From: Vulcanimicrobiota bacterium
Lineage (GTDB): Bacteria > Vulcanimicrobiota > Vulcanimicrobiia > Vulcanimicrobiales > Vulcanimicrobiaceae
DNA length: 64,000 nt
Reading direction: 5' to 3'
NCBI GenBank assembly: GCA_963833095.1
Contig: CAWHWQ010000003.1
Location: 32,001-96,000 of the forward strand
In this document: positions 42,575 to 54,213 of the stretch, in pieces
How the letters are laid out: every line of letters starts with the position of its first letter
Position numbering within the stretch: the stretch's first letter is position 1
Translations under genes and position numbers: made by a program
Notes under the pieces: generated by a model
The model's input: the letters and a program-made list of their open reading frames with translations, nothing else
The model's database searches: none
Told to the model about the DNA's origin: nothing

Positions 42575-43538
42575 GGCGCTCGCACCTCGGAGACGACGGT
42601 GTTTATCGCGTCGATCACGGCGCCCGGGCGGTCGAACTGAATATAGTGGTCGCTCTGCACGAGCTCGTAGCGCCCACGCGTAGAGAGCGCGGCGATGCGC
42701 ATGTGCGCTTTGCGCCACGCGGGCTCGAACTGCTCAAGCGATGCGCGCAACGCCGGCGGCATTTGGTCTTCGCCGTGAGTCGGTGGCCGTCAGCACCACC
42801 AAGGGGAGATCGCCGAACGAGCGTTTCTGCGCTCGAACTTCGTGCTGGCTCTCCGCCAAGTTTTGCATTTCCGAGGCAACGGCGTCGTACGGCGCGGGCT
42901 CGCGCGCTTGCTTCTTAACCGCCGCAAGAAGTTGCGGCGTCACGCCGTTGTTCGGCTGCGAGCTGATGCCCCAGAGGCGAAGCAGCCGTAAAGGCGGCGA
43001 AGCGAACTCGCCGCGCGGGCGCGCGTCGCGCACGTTCTGAACGGCACGCGAGCTGGCCGTCCATCAACGACTTGACAGCGCCGCGGGGATCGCGACGTCG
43101 GGCGCGGTTCCGTCGACGAGAACGAGGCCGGCCACGTCGCGGCGATACAGCTCGGTGAACGCCAGCACATTGAGACCGCCGAACGAGTGTCCAACCAGGA
43201 CGTACGGCGCAGGCAGATTCGCGGCATGCAACAGATCGTGCAACTCGCGCGCATTCGCATCGGACGTGCGCGCCGAAGAAGCGGGATCGCTGAACCCGTA
43301 TCCCGCGCGGTCGTACGCACACACCGTCGTGCGTGACGCGAGCCGTAGTTGGATGCGTAATCCACGACGGCGACCAATCGCCGAGCCCCGCATCGAGCAC
43401 GACCACGGGACGTCCCGATCCGCGACAGACGAGGTTGAGCCGATGCCCGTCGACGCTGATGCGCCGGCCGGGCACTGCGTATGCGCTTGCCGCTGGAGCC
43501 GCCGTTGCGATCGCGGCGGCCAGCAGAACGTTAAGCAA
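42571..43538 (-). CDS. Secreted alpha/beta hydrolase (frameshifted)
   Basis: VVLDAGLG, YDRAGYGFSD, LVGHSFGG nucleophile elbow, SDHYIQ. Confidence 0.85.
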
Positions 43539-43544
43539 CGTCGC

Positions 43545-45509
43545 CTAGAAGTTCGTTACGAAGTTCACGAACTGCATCGCAAAGAGGAACCAGATCGCGT
43601 AGAGCGCGGCGAGCGCGACGAGGATCTCACCGATGCGCACGAGCCAGCCGCCCGGTCCGCGCAACACGCGGACCACCGCCTCGGCGATCATCGCGAGGCG
43701 CCGATTGATGGCGATCACTCCGATGACGTAGAGCACGATCATCTTGCCGGGTAGCGACGGCGAGAGAATCGCGGCCTCGCGGATAGAGCAGCATCGGGCC
43801 ATCCGACCAACGCGATCAGGAACGCGATCGCGCCGATTCGCGCGACGGCATGGAGGAGTCTGCACGTTGCGCGGGAGTTGCAGCGAAGCTTGAGCTTGCG
43901 GCGCGCGATCCATGCGCCGAGCCGGATAAGCAGCGAGAGCATGATGATCGCCGCGCAGATCGTGAGCAGCATCTTGACCGATCGCTAGCGTGCGCAGGCC
44001 GGTGACGCGCTGTTCGACCGAGACCATGTTGTAAGTAGTCCGTCGCCCACGAGATCACGTTGCCGTTCGCATCGGTGCCGAAGACGACGTAGGCGTTGCC
44101 GCCGACCTGGCGGTAGCGCAGCGGCGCGACTTCGCGCCATTTGATACGGTCGCCGGCGGCGTTCTTTGAGCGGGCTGACTTCGATCGTGCCGTCGGCGAT
44201 TCGCCGATACATTCGCTCTGCGCAAGCGTGTAGACGAAGGCGAGCGCGCGTTCGACGCGGCGGCTGCTCTCATACCAGCCGGCGACGCGGGCGCGCGTCC
44301 TTCTGCGGATCGGCGAAGCGTCGGTTCGGTCGGTCGGCGTGTATGGATAATAGCGATCGAGGAACAGTTTGAAGAGGTTGTTGCGGACGTCTTCGACCGC
44401 GCCTTCCTTGCCGGGTGAGTTGAACGAGACGAACCAGCCGATGCCTTTGGATGGGATTAGGTGCAGATCGCTGTGGAACGCGACGGTGTCGCCGCCGTGT
44501 CCGATGATCGGCAAGACCGTTGAAGTCGTCTTGGTAGAAGCCGAGATCGAAGCTCGGCAAGCCCTTTTCGGGCGCGACCTGCGGCGTCCACATTTCTTTG
44601 ATCGTCGCGGGCTTGAGCAGCTGGTAGCCGTCGTAGGTGCCGCCGTTCAAATAGGCGAGCATGAAGTGCGCCATGTCGATGCCCGTCGAACTCGACGATC
44701 CGGCGGGCGCCGTATCGACGAACTCGAACGGCTTCGTTTTGCCCTCGGACGGCGTTGAGATAGCCCGTCGCCATCAGCGGCATGAGATTCGGCGGCAGCG
44801 GCTGCACGAACGACTTGAATGCGACCATCTTCAGCGGTGCGAAGATGTGCTTGGCGATGTAGTCTTCAAACTTCTCGCCCGAAATGCGCTGGACGATGTA
44901 GCCCGCTAGCGTCGCGCCGTAGTTCGAATAGGCGATGACCTTGCCCGGCGGAAAGATTCGGGTCGGTAAGCGGCGTTTCAGATACACGTCGATCGGCAAG
45001 CACTTGATCTTGGCGGTCGACGAGCAGGTCGCGCACGGTCTCTTCGAAGCCCGCCGAGTGCGTCATCAAATTGCGCATCGTGACCGGCTTGCCTTCGTAC
45101 GGCGGAATCGTGAAGTCGATGTACTTGTTCACGTCCGCGTCGAGATCGATCTTGCCGGCCTGCACGAGCTGCATGACCGCCGTCCAGGTGAAGAGCTTCG
45201 AGACCGAGCCCGGGACGGAAGATCGTCGTCGCCGGATCGACGCGGCCGCTTCGTCTTGATGTCGGCGTAGCCGTAGCCTTTGGCAAAGAGGATCTTGCCG
45301 TCTTTCACGATGACGATGACGCCGCCCGGGAATGTCGCCGCGATGTAACGCGTACGGCACGAGCCCGGCAGAAGAAGGTGTTGAGGTCTTCGCGCGGTCA
45401 TCGCGGGCGCGGCGTGGCGGTTCACCGCCGGTCCGAGCTTGCAGCGAGAGCGGGGACTGCCGGCAGCAGCGAAGAGTGCTGCCAGCAGCGCGGATGCAAA
45501 TAGTTTCAT
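43545..45509 (-). CDS. Serine hydrolase (S12) with C-terminal TM helices (heavily frameshifted)
   Basis: GSVSKLFT, LMTHSAGF, YSNYG, GHGGDT; hydrophobic C-terminus. Confidence 0.85.
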
Positions 45510-45515
45510 AATTTC

Positions 45516-48500
45516 CTAAAGATCCTGGATGAGGATGAGGCGGAAACTCATCGGCCCGTAGTTGCCGGCCGGCGTCGCGCGAGCGAGACCGGACCGGCGC
45601 GCCGGTGGTGAGGCTGGTCTGCGTGGCTCCCTCGACGAGCGGCAGCGGAATGCCGTTAAAGAAGCCGGCGTACGGATTCGCATACGCGCCGGTGAGGTTA
45701 TCGGCAGGAGAGCTGCAGCTGCGTGCCGTGGTCGTTGAGTTTGTAGCGCACGTTCGCCGAGAGCACGGCAAACGGCGGCTCGTTGAAGGCGTTATTGTTG
45801 CCGAAGAACGTCAAGCCGAGGTTGTAGTATTGGCCGTAGTGTCCGGCCCAGCTTAGCTCACCGTAGCCGCTCGCATACGGTACGCGGGCGCCGCGACCCC
45901 GTTTGGAGCTCCGGCACAGCGCCGTAGGCTGACCGCCGAAGTTCGTCTCGGGAAGGACCGCGAGGTTGGTGTTGTTGATGCAGCCGGGCCCCGGGGGTGG
46001 TGACGCCGGTCTTCGGATCGGTCGAGCCGGCGCAGTAGAAGTACTGCGGGAGATTATAGGTGAAGGCGCGCTGCAGCGAACCCTGCAGTCTCCAGCCGAG
46101 GCCGAACGCGGCACGTGATTGAGCGCCGAGCTCGATGCCTTCGTAGCGCGCTTGACCGAGGTTCGCCGTCTTGCGAGATCTCGCAGGGATACGGCTGGTT
46201 CGGACAGCTCGCTCGCGGCCGCCGCCGTGACGGTCGACGTCTCGGTCAAGAACAAATTGTGCAATTGCGTGTAGTAGAGATCGACCGAGACCGAGGTCGC
46301 TCGCGCGATACGGTGATCCATGCCGAGATCGTAGCCGAATGCCGTTTCGGCGCTGATGTTTCCGTTATTGGCATTTTGCGATCCAACCCGAGCCGCCGGC
46401 ACGCCGCCGATGATCTGGCTCCACGTTGGGCGCGCCCGACAGACGAGGCTGATGTACGGGGGCGCGACCGATCCGCCGGCCGAGAAGCGATAAGCTGGTA
46501 TTATTTTCCGGCCGCCAGCTGAGCGCCGCGCGCGGTTCGTTGTACGAGTGCGAGGAGTCGTCCCACGTCGTTCCGCCGTCGATCGAGTAGTGGCTGTTGT
46601 AGTTGAGGTCGTAGTCGCCGAGCGTTGAGCATCGCTTCGGCTCCGAGCACGATGTTGCCGCGCAGCGAGAACGTTTGAAGGTCTGACGTGACCGGCGACG
46701 GGGCTGTTGACGATGATGCCGACGGAGGGCTCGTCCGGCGTCTCGGACGACTTCTGCTCCGAGTCGTCGTACGCGAACGTAAGCGTATTATTCGCCAGCT
46801 GCTCTTGCAAGTTGGACCGACTCGCCGTTCATGTTGTCGTTCGAGGAAACAGATTCGCCAGAGCTGTCGGTATGGAAGGTGACGTGCTGATCATTGAACG
46901 TGGTCATCGTCGGTTGACGGCGACCGCCGTGACTGCACCCAGTCGCGACGTTATGGTACTGCCGCCGGCGGTGGGCGTGCTGGGAGCGAACGTGCCCACC
47001 GGGCAGAGCGGAACGTACCGGAGGCGTTGAGCGACTTCAACGCACGACGATCCCTCCGACGCGTAGCTGTTCAAGGAACCCGTGTAGTAGCGCGCGAGCA
47101 CGTTCCGGTCGTGCCGAGCGTCGTGCGGAACTCGCCTTGGAAGAGATTCTGCTGCGATACGTGTACCCGATGCCATTGAACGGAGCTGAGGTCGAACGGA
47201 ATCGACGAGCCGCACGCCGGTCCGGGACGAGCAGTTGTACGTTGCGCCGGTATACGGCGTTCCGGTTGCAAACGGATTGCAAGTCCCTAGCCGCTGCTCC
47301 CGCGGTGCCGCACGGGCGGAAGCCAGAACGGCGGGCCGGTGCCGGCGACGTTGTCCGTCGAGTATCGTATCCCGATCACATCGCCGTTGCCGCCATGGAC
47401 TGTCCGCCGAGATAGGAAAGCTTGAGCGACGTATTATTCGAGAAGTTGAAGACGAGCTTCGCCGAGCTCCGAGGTGGAGTGGTAGCCCGTGTCCGTTTGA
47501 TAACAACAGCCGACGAGCGGCTCGGCAAAGGTCTCCCATACCGCCGTACGGTGACAAGCTGCCGGTGGCGGCCCTTCGCCGAGCGGCGATCCTCCGATGA
47601 CTTGAGTTGCCGGGCCGGAATTGACGTTGTAGACGGTAAGGTTACCAGTGGGACCAACGGCGAGACCCGAGTTACCGTACAGCGGTATCGCTGAAGTCGA
47701 GAAGGTAAAATTCTTTAGCGGTCCGGGGGCGCCGTCGGTCACGTAGCCGGCGGCGTAGCCAATTTTGTGATTCTCCGTCTGACCCGTCATCTTGAATCCT
47801 GCCGAGACGCCGCCCCACTTATCGTCGGCGACATTCCCTGCGAACTTGTTCGTCAAGGTCGGATCGAGCGTGAGGTAGTTGACCGTTCCATTGATCGCAT
47901 AGTTGATCTCGACGGGCATCGAGCCCGGACCTTTGACGAGTTCGACGATTGTCAAGCAGGAACGGGTTGACGAGGGTTGGAGAAAACGTGCCCGACGAAC
48001 CAACCGAAACCGGGTGGCCGTCGATGAGCGACTCCGTTTCGTACGGCAGTGCGCCGCGAATCTGCGGCGTTTGGATTGAGCCCGGCGAGGCGCCGTTGTT
48101 CGGGTTGCCGTTATTAGGGTTATACGGCGTGGTGAAAATGCCGGGCGTTTCGTTGAGCACCTTCGTGACTTGCTCGGCTGCCCTGATTATCGAACACCGT
48201 CGAGCTGATCGTATCGATAGCCGCGGTCGACGTGTTCATTTGCGCGACGCCCGGGCTGTGCGTGGAGACCGACCCGATGGTTTTCAGCGAGGAGAACGAG
48301 GACTCGGCGAGCGTCACGTTTGCCGTTACCGTCTCGCCGATGAACGCGGCGACGGAGTCGTTGCGATAGAGCGTTGTAGCCGGCCTTGCTGACCTGCAGC
48401 GAATACATTCCCGTCGGGACTGCGGGGAAGTTAAACTTGCCTTGCGCGTCCGTGGTCATCGAAAGGCGGGTCGGGCCGGCCAGCTGCACTTGCGCGCCGC

Positions 48501-48634
48501 CCAGCGGCGCTCCACTCGACGCGTGCACGGAGCCGGTGACGACGGCAGTGGTTCGCGGCGTTTGCCCCGAGAGGTGTTATCGCAAAAAATGCGGCCAGCA
48601 TGAGGGTCGTTGCGCGAGAAATCAATTGACGCAT
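45516..48634 (-). CDS. TonB-dependent receptor with N-terminal carboxypeptidase-regulatory-like domain (heavily frameshifted)
   Basis: Signal peptide; GAPLGGAQV...TDAQGKFNF..VPTG.Y; plug LNETPG...IRG...LIDGHP...VELVKGPG; beta-rich C-terminus. Confidence 0.8.
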
Positions 48635-48786
48635 CGCACTTGCTCCATAAACGGTAGGCAGGGTACCCAGATTAAATTTCGCCATTTAAGACCATATTAT
48701 GAGCTTCCTCCAAAAAATTGGCCCTGAGAGCAAAATTTTGCTGCATCGCGGGAGGGGCTGTTCGTGGAACCCCCGTAAAACGGCGC

Positions 48787-50385
48787 ATGAGGCAGTGCGC
48801 GGCGATGCTGGTGTGTTTGGTTGCGCTCGCATTTGCCGGGTGCACGAGGCAGGACGCCCGCGGCGTGCGCGCGGCTGGAACGCTCGTTTTCGCCGTGCAA
48901 AAAGAGCCGATCTCGCTCAATCCGCTGCTGCTCGAGGGCATCGACGCCTACATTTACAGCGAGGTTCTCTACGCGAACCTGACGCGTTACGATGCCGGCG
49001 GACGTCCGGAACCCGATCTCGCGGCAGAGGTGCCGACCCTCGCCAACGGCGGCGTAGCTACCGATGGTAAGCGCGTCACCTACCATCTGCGGCGCGGCGT
49101 GCGCTGGCAAGACGGTTCGCCGTTCACCGCGCAAGACGTCGTCTTCACCTATCGGGCGGTAATGAACCCCGCGAACAACTTGCCCGAGCGCTATGGCTAC
49201 GACCTGGTCTCATCCGTCGAAGCCCCCGACGCCTACACGGTCGTCGTGCATTTGAAGCGCGCGTTTTCGCCGATTATCAGTTTTTTCTTCGGCGGCGACA
49301 GCAACTACCCGGTGCTGCCCGCGCACCTGCTCGCGTCGCTGCCGAACGTGAACACCGCAGCATTTAACGCCGCGCCGATCGGAGAAGGCCCCTATCGCTT
49401 CGTGCGTTGGGACCGTGGCGATCGTCTGACATTCGATGCGAGCCCGTCGTACTTCGGCGGGAAGCCGCATATCGATCACCTCGTGCTCCCGTTTATTTCA
49501 CAGGATACCACCGCGATTAACGAACTGCAGACCGGCGAGATCGACGCGGCGATGCAACTGGATCCATCGCGCATCGCGGAGCTGCGCGCGATTCCCAATC
49601 ATCGCGTGATCGTCACCCCGGTGCCTTGGTACTACGCGCTCGGCTTCAACCTCGAAGATCCCGTGCTCTCCGATCACGCGGTTCGTGAGGGTATCGCGCT
49701 CGCAATCGACCGGCGCTCGCTCACTCGCAAGATCACCCAGGGTGTGTACGACGCCGATACGGCGATGCGCGGTCTGTTCACGTGGGCCTTCGATCCGCAT
49801 GCGGATACGATCGCCTACGATCCGAAACGGGCGGCCGCGCTCCTGACGCGCGACGGCTGGATTCCCGGTACCGACGGCATTCGTGTCAAGAACGGGCAGC
49901 GTTTGCACTTCCAACTGGCGTTTCCGACCGGGCTTTCGATCACGACGCACTTCGCGACCGCGATTGCCGCGGAACTCCGCGCGGTCGGCGTCGACGTCAC
50001 GTTACGGCAGTACCCGCGCACGCAATTCATCGGCAACGAAGGGCCCATCATGCAAGGGCACTATCAGCTCTCGCTCTATGACTATCAGGCGCAGGTCGAT
50101 CCTGACGTCTCGTGGCTGCTCGAGTGCGATCAACGTTCGCCGCACGGGTTCAATCTGTCGCGCTATTGCAATGCGTCCGTTGATACGCTCTTGAAGCGCG
50201 CGGCAGCGTCGTTCGATCGCGCCGCGAGAATTGCCGACTACGGCGCCATTCAGCGCCGGATTGTAAGCGATCTTCCCTACTATTTTATTTGCCAAGTCAG
50301 CGAGGTCGACGTCATCCCAATGAGCCTGCAAGGCTACCAGCGCCCGATGCTTTCGCCATTCAATTCGGTGGCGTCATGGAGATAA
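48787..50385 (+). CDS. Peptide ABC transporter substrate-binding lipoprotein (family 5)
   Basis: Lipobox LAFAG-C; PDLA..VP, YHLRRGVRWQDG.PFTA.DV.FT, PIGEGPY, VREGIALAIDR. Confidence 0.92.
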   Translation: MRQCAAMLVCLVALAFAGCTRQDARGVRAAGTLVFAVQKEPISLNPLLLEGIDAYIYSEVLYANLTRYDAGGRPEPDLAAEVPTLANGGVATDGKRVTYHLRRGVRWQDGSPFTAQDVVFTYRAVMNPANNLPERYGYDLVSSVEAPDAYTVVVHLKRAFSPIISFFFGGDSNYPVLPAHLLASLPNVNTAAFNAAPIGEGPYRFVRWDRGDRLTFDASPSYFGGKPHIDHLVLPFISQDTTAINELQTGEIDAAMQLDPSRIAELRAIPNHRVIVTPVPWYYALGFNLEDPVLSDHAVREGIALAIDRRSLTRKITQGVYDADTAMRGLFTWAFDPHADTIAYDPKRAAALLTRDGWIPGTDGIRVKNGQRLHFQLAFPTGLSITTHFATAIAAELRAVGVDVTLRQYPRTQFIGNEGPIMQGHYQLSLYDYQAQVDPDVSWLLECDQRSPHGFNLSRYCNASVDTLLKRAAASFDRAARIADYGAIQRRIVSDLPYYFICQVSEVDVIPMSLQGYQRPMLSPFNSVASWR

Positions 50386-51452
50386 AGGTGCGCTACGCGA
50401 TCCTGACCGAGGGAATGCTTACCGGAACCAACGGGAAAACCGCGCATGGTGTGCTGCGCTACCGCAGCGACGCCGTTGTCGCGGTCATCGACTCGACCCA
50501 CGCCGGCAGGCGTGTCGACGAGGTGTTGCCGTGGCTGGGCTCGCGCGCCCCGATCGTCGCGTCGCTCGACGAGGCGATGGCCTACGCGCCGACTGCTCTG
50601 CTCATCGGCGTCGCCACCGAAGGCGGTCATTTGCCGCCGGCAATGCGTCCCACGCTGCTCGCCGCCGTCGATGCCGGATTGGAGATCGTCAACGGCTTGC
50701 ACGAGTTTCTGCGCGATGACGAAGAAGTGGTTGCTCGCGCGAAGGCATCCGGCGCGCGTTTGTGGGACGTGCGCATTCCCCCTGATGACATTCCGCTATT
50801 TAGTGGAGCGGCCTACGACGTGCGATCGCAAGTGGTGCTCGCCATCGGCAGCGATTGCGCCGTCGGCAAGATGACCGCCATGCTCGAAGTCGAGCGCTCG
50901 GCGAAGGCTCAGGGCGCGCGCATCGAGTTTCTGGCCACCGGACAGACCGGCATTCTGATCGCCGGCAAGGGGATTGCGGTCGATCGTGTGATCTCCGACT
51001 TTATCACCGGCGCAGCCGAACAGCTCGTCGTCGAGGCGGCGCCGGACGCCGACGTCTTATTGGTCGAGGGGCAAGGCGGCATTTTCCATCCGGCCTACGC
51101 GCCCGTCACCTTTGGCTTGCTTTACGGCAGCGCGCCCGATGCGCTCGTGCTCTGCCATCGCGCGAACAAGACGCACATCGACGGTTTCGACGTGAAGCTT
51201 CCCGACCTCGCGGAGTTGATCGCGGATCACGAAGCGCTGGTGCAGCGCATCAAGCCGGCCCGCGTGATCGCGGTCGCGCTTGATACCTCAGCGCTTACTG
51301 CAGATGAAGCGCGTCGCGTCATCGCGCAGGCAGCAAAGGAAACAGATTTACCCGTCGATGATCCGGTGCGTAACGGCGGAACCGGGCTGTGGCAGGCGAT
51401 CGAACAGGCGCTGCGCGCCACGCCGAAGGCTAGACGCGCGCTCGCGAGTTAA
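50376..51452 (+). CDS. DUF1611 family protein (DgcN-like N-acetyltransferase)
   Basis: GKTAHG..RY, NGLH, GSDCAVGKMT, ATGQTG, VEGQG.IFHPAY, G..PDA.VLCH. Confidence 0.88.
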   Translation: MEIKVRYAILTEGMLTGTNGKTAHGVLRYRSDAVVAVIDSTHAGRRVDEVLPWLGSRAPIVASLDEAMAYAPTALLIGVATEGGHLPPAMRPTLLAAVDAGLEIVNGLHEFLRDDEEVVARAKASGARLWDVRIPPDDIPLFSGAAYDVRSQVVLAIGSDCAVGKMTAMLEVERSAKAQGARIEFLATGQTGILIAGKGIAVDRVISDFITGAAEQLVVEAAPDADVLLVEGQGGIFHPAYAPVTFGLLYGSAPDALVLCHRANKTHIDGFDVKLPDLAELIADHEALVQRIKPARVIAVALDTSALTADEARRVIAQAAKETDLPVDDPVRNGGTGLWQAIEQALRATPKARRALAS

Positions 51453-52431
51453 CCCCGATTCCCGGTTTGTCGGTAAGGATGATCTTTCCGGTCGAGATGT
51501 CGACGCCGTCAAAAGGTGACGACGCGAGAAACAGCGGGCCGTCGATATCGGGCCAATCGACGAGCGGTGCGAGTTGCGCTGCGGCCGAGCAAAGCACTTC
51601 GGTCTCGAGCATGCAGCCGAGCATGATCTTGAAGCCCAGCGATCGCGCAGTGTGAATGAAAACCAGGCCGGCGCGAATACCGCCGGCCTTGGCGAGCTTG
51701 AGGTTAACGCCATCGACGCAGCCGATGAGCGCGGGCAGATCGGAGGCAACGATCGAATCCTCGTCGGCCACGATCGGAATCTTCACGCGTTCGCGGATGA
51801 AACGTAGTTGTTCTGGGTGGCCGGACGGAATCGGCTGTTCGCACAACTCGATTTCATAGCGATGCAGCTCGCGCAGCAATTGGACCGTCTGCTCGGCGTT
51901 CCATCCCTCGTTGGCGTCGAGGCGAATAGCCCCGCGATACGCCGTGCGAATCGCTTCGATCGTCTCGATCTCTTTGCCGGCGCCGAGCTTGATCTTAAGT
52001 ACCGGTACGTGGGCGAGGGCCCGCACGCGCTCGAGGGTGAGGTCGATGGTGTCCTCGATCCCGATGGTGTGCGAGGTCACGCCGGCCTTGGACGGATCCA
52101 GGCCGAGCAATTGCCAGATCGGCTTGCCGAGATTTTTGCCCATCCAGTCGTACAGCGCGATATCGAGACCGCAGCGCGCCGCTTCGGGAATGCCCTCGAG
52201 CAGTTCTTCCATACGATACGGATCGTCCGACGGCGGCTCGTAGTCGCGATAGAACGCCATCACGTCCTCGACGGTCGCATCGTAGCGCGCGACCGGCGCC
52301 GCTTCGCCGTAACCGGTGATCCCGCCGGCGTCCACTTCGACGAGCACCGTCGAAGAGTCGGTCATGACGCCCCGCGTAATGCGGAACGGACGGATCATCG
52401 GAAGATTCAGGAGGGACGTCTTGATCTGCAT
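51430..52431 (-). CDS. Dipeptide epimerase (L-Ala-D/L-Glu epimerase/DgcA-like), enolase superfamily
   Basis: PFRITRG, GYGEA, KIKLG, DANEGW, EQP, DED, NLKLAKAGG, MLGCM.E, DIDG. Confidence 0.9.
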   Translation of the reverse strand: MQIKTSLLNLPMIRPFRITRGVMTDSSTVLVEVDAGGITGYGEAAPVARYDATVEDVMAFYRDYEPPSDDPYRMEELLEGIPEAARCGLDIALYDWMGKNLGKPIWQLLGLDPSKAGVTSHTIGIEDTIDLTLERVRALAHVPVLKIKLGAGKEIETIEAIRTAYRGAIRLDANEGWNAEQTVQLLRELHRYEIELCEQPIPSGHPEQLRFIRERVKIPIVADEDSIVASDLPALIGCVDGVNLKLAKAGGIRAGLVFIHTARSLGFKIMLGCMLETEVLCSAAAQLAPLVDWPDIDGPLFLASSPFDGVDISTGKIILTDKPGIGVNSRARV

Positions 52432-52484
52432 GCGTCAAGACTCCGGGGCACGGGCGACAATATCCTGTTTTAGAGAACGATATT

Positions 52485-53751
52485 TTAGCGTTCGCGTCCC
52501 GCCCCTCGTTGTAATTGCAGCGCCTTGGCCGGAAAGACGAGTTGCGAGAGAAGTAGCCCAGCGACGAGTTGCACCGCGGCGAACGTCGCGTTACTCGCAA
52601 ACGTAAACGCGCTCGAGATATTGTGCTGGAACGCAAAGAGCACGCTTTCGTAACTCAAGCTTCCCGGAACCAGCACCAGGAGCGCGGGCACGAGCATTAG
52701 CGCTTGCGGCACGCGTAGCACGCGGGCGCCCACGTTGGCTACCAGACCGCACAGAAACGCCGAGAGAAACGCGGAGATTTCGTGCACGCGCGTGCCGGCA
52801 AGCAGATGCGAGGTGAGCAGCGCAACAAAGCACGCGGCAAACACCCACACGAAATCACGCGCGCGCGAATCGAGATCGATCGAAATTCCGACCGCCATCA
52901 AGACGGCTGCGAGGATCCAGAGATGGCTGGGCACCGCGTGCGGCGTCACGTCCCCGGTGCGTAGCAGCGACGGCCCAATCACCGCAAATCCGAGAAATGC
53001 GCCGCAACCCAATTCCAAAAGTACCGAGAGCACGCGCCCGAGGCGCGCCATCCCGGCGACCAGATCGCCGTTCGCCAGTTCGTGCAAGGCAAGCGTGAGC
53101 GAGTATCCCGGCAGCAGCACGACGACCCCGGCGACAATTGAGATGAAGATGTTCGTCGGGCCGAAGATCGTCGAAAACGCCGCGACGATCAAGGTGGCCG
53201 CAAACGCCGCAATGGCCTCAAACAGGCGCGCGACGATCGGCACGCGTTCGGCGACGGCGGAAACGATGCCGGTGAAAAAACCGATGCACGCGGCGACGAT
53301 GAGCTCGCGCGCGCCACCGCCAAGCAAAATGGCTACGCCGACGGCGAGTAGGGTGAGCGCGGGAATTTCCCAGAGCGCGTTACGGCCGCGCGACCGCCGA
53401 TCCACGTCGCTGATGGCGACGCTAGCGTCGCGATAATCGATCTTCCCGGAGCGCAGTTGGTCGTAGACGGCGTTGAGCTGCGAGAGCTTACGCAAATTGA
53501 CGCGCCCGGGCGGCAAGCGCATGAGCACGATCTTTTGATTCCAAGGTCGGACCAACCGCGATCGTGATCTGCGTCGGCAGCGCGAAGATTTGGGTAGTCA
53601 ATCCAATCGCAGACGCGACGTCGGCGAGCGTTTCCTCGAGCGTGTCGGTCGCGACACCCGCCTGATGGAGTTCGCGCGCCATCGACGCCAGAAAAACGGC
53701 TTTGGGATCGTCAGCGATCGCGGAGATCGCGGCAGGCTGCTGTTCGCTCAT
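52485..53751 (-). CDS. ThrE-family threonine/serine exporter (frameshift near 53550)
   Basis: ELHQAG...E, VNL.KL, LLPG..LT.A..EL..G.L..G..R, LVPG; multiple TM helices. Confidence 0.85.
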
Positions 53752-53758
53752 ACAATCA

Positions 53759-53788
53759 AAGAGCGCTCTGTTCGTACAGAGCGCTCTT
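53759..53788 (-). terminator. Terminator hairpin downstream of rpsT
   Basis: Perfect 13-bp stem AAGAGCGCTCTGT-TCGT-ACAGAGCGCTCTT. Confidence 0.75.
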
Positions 53789-53809
53789 GGAAGCTTCGCG
53801 AAGAAGCGA

Positions 53810-54136
53810 CTACTTCTTCGTGGGGGCCTTGCGCGTGTTCTTCGCGGCTCCCGATTTAACCGTAGACTTGCCGGTTTTCACCTTGGCAGGCGCGACGGCT
53901 GCCTTCGCGAGCGCCTTGGCTAAGCGCGACTTCTTGCGCGCGGCCTTGTTCTTATGAATCACGCCGGTCTTGGCGGCCTTGTCCAATTCGCTCTCGACGG
54001 TTTTCGAGAACGCATCGTCCCGCTCGGCGAGCGCCTTCTTGAAGATGGTCTTCAAGCGCGTCTTACGGTCCTTATTGGCGACCGTGCGCTTTTCGCTCTG
54101 GCGGACCCACTTTACGGCGGCCTTGATATTCGGCAA
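53810..54136 (-). CDS. rpsT: 30S ribosomal protein S20 with basic C-terminal extension
   Basis: MPNIKAA.K..RQ, LDKAAK.GVIHKNKAARKKSRL; AGGAG RBS and TTG start. Confidence 0.95.
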   Translation of the reverse strand: MPNIKAAVKWVRQSEKRTVANKDRKTRLKTIFKKALAERDDAFSKTVESELDKAAKTGVIHKNKAARKKSRLAKALAKAAVAPAKVKTGKSTVKSGAAKNTRKAPTKK

Positions 54137-54213
54137 AAGAAACTCCTACGTGCGCTAGACTCGGGGGCAACGGCTCGCAGTATAGCAGAGGGGCGGAGTC
54201 GCGCGCAAGCGCG

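Noticed and set aside
39411..45509. Beta-lactam resistance genes or a microcystin mlr cluster
   Set aside because: SxxK/YxN motifs are shared across the whole S12 family, and there is no MlrA-like protease or MlrD transporter.
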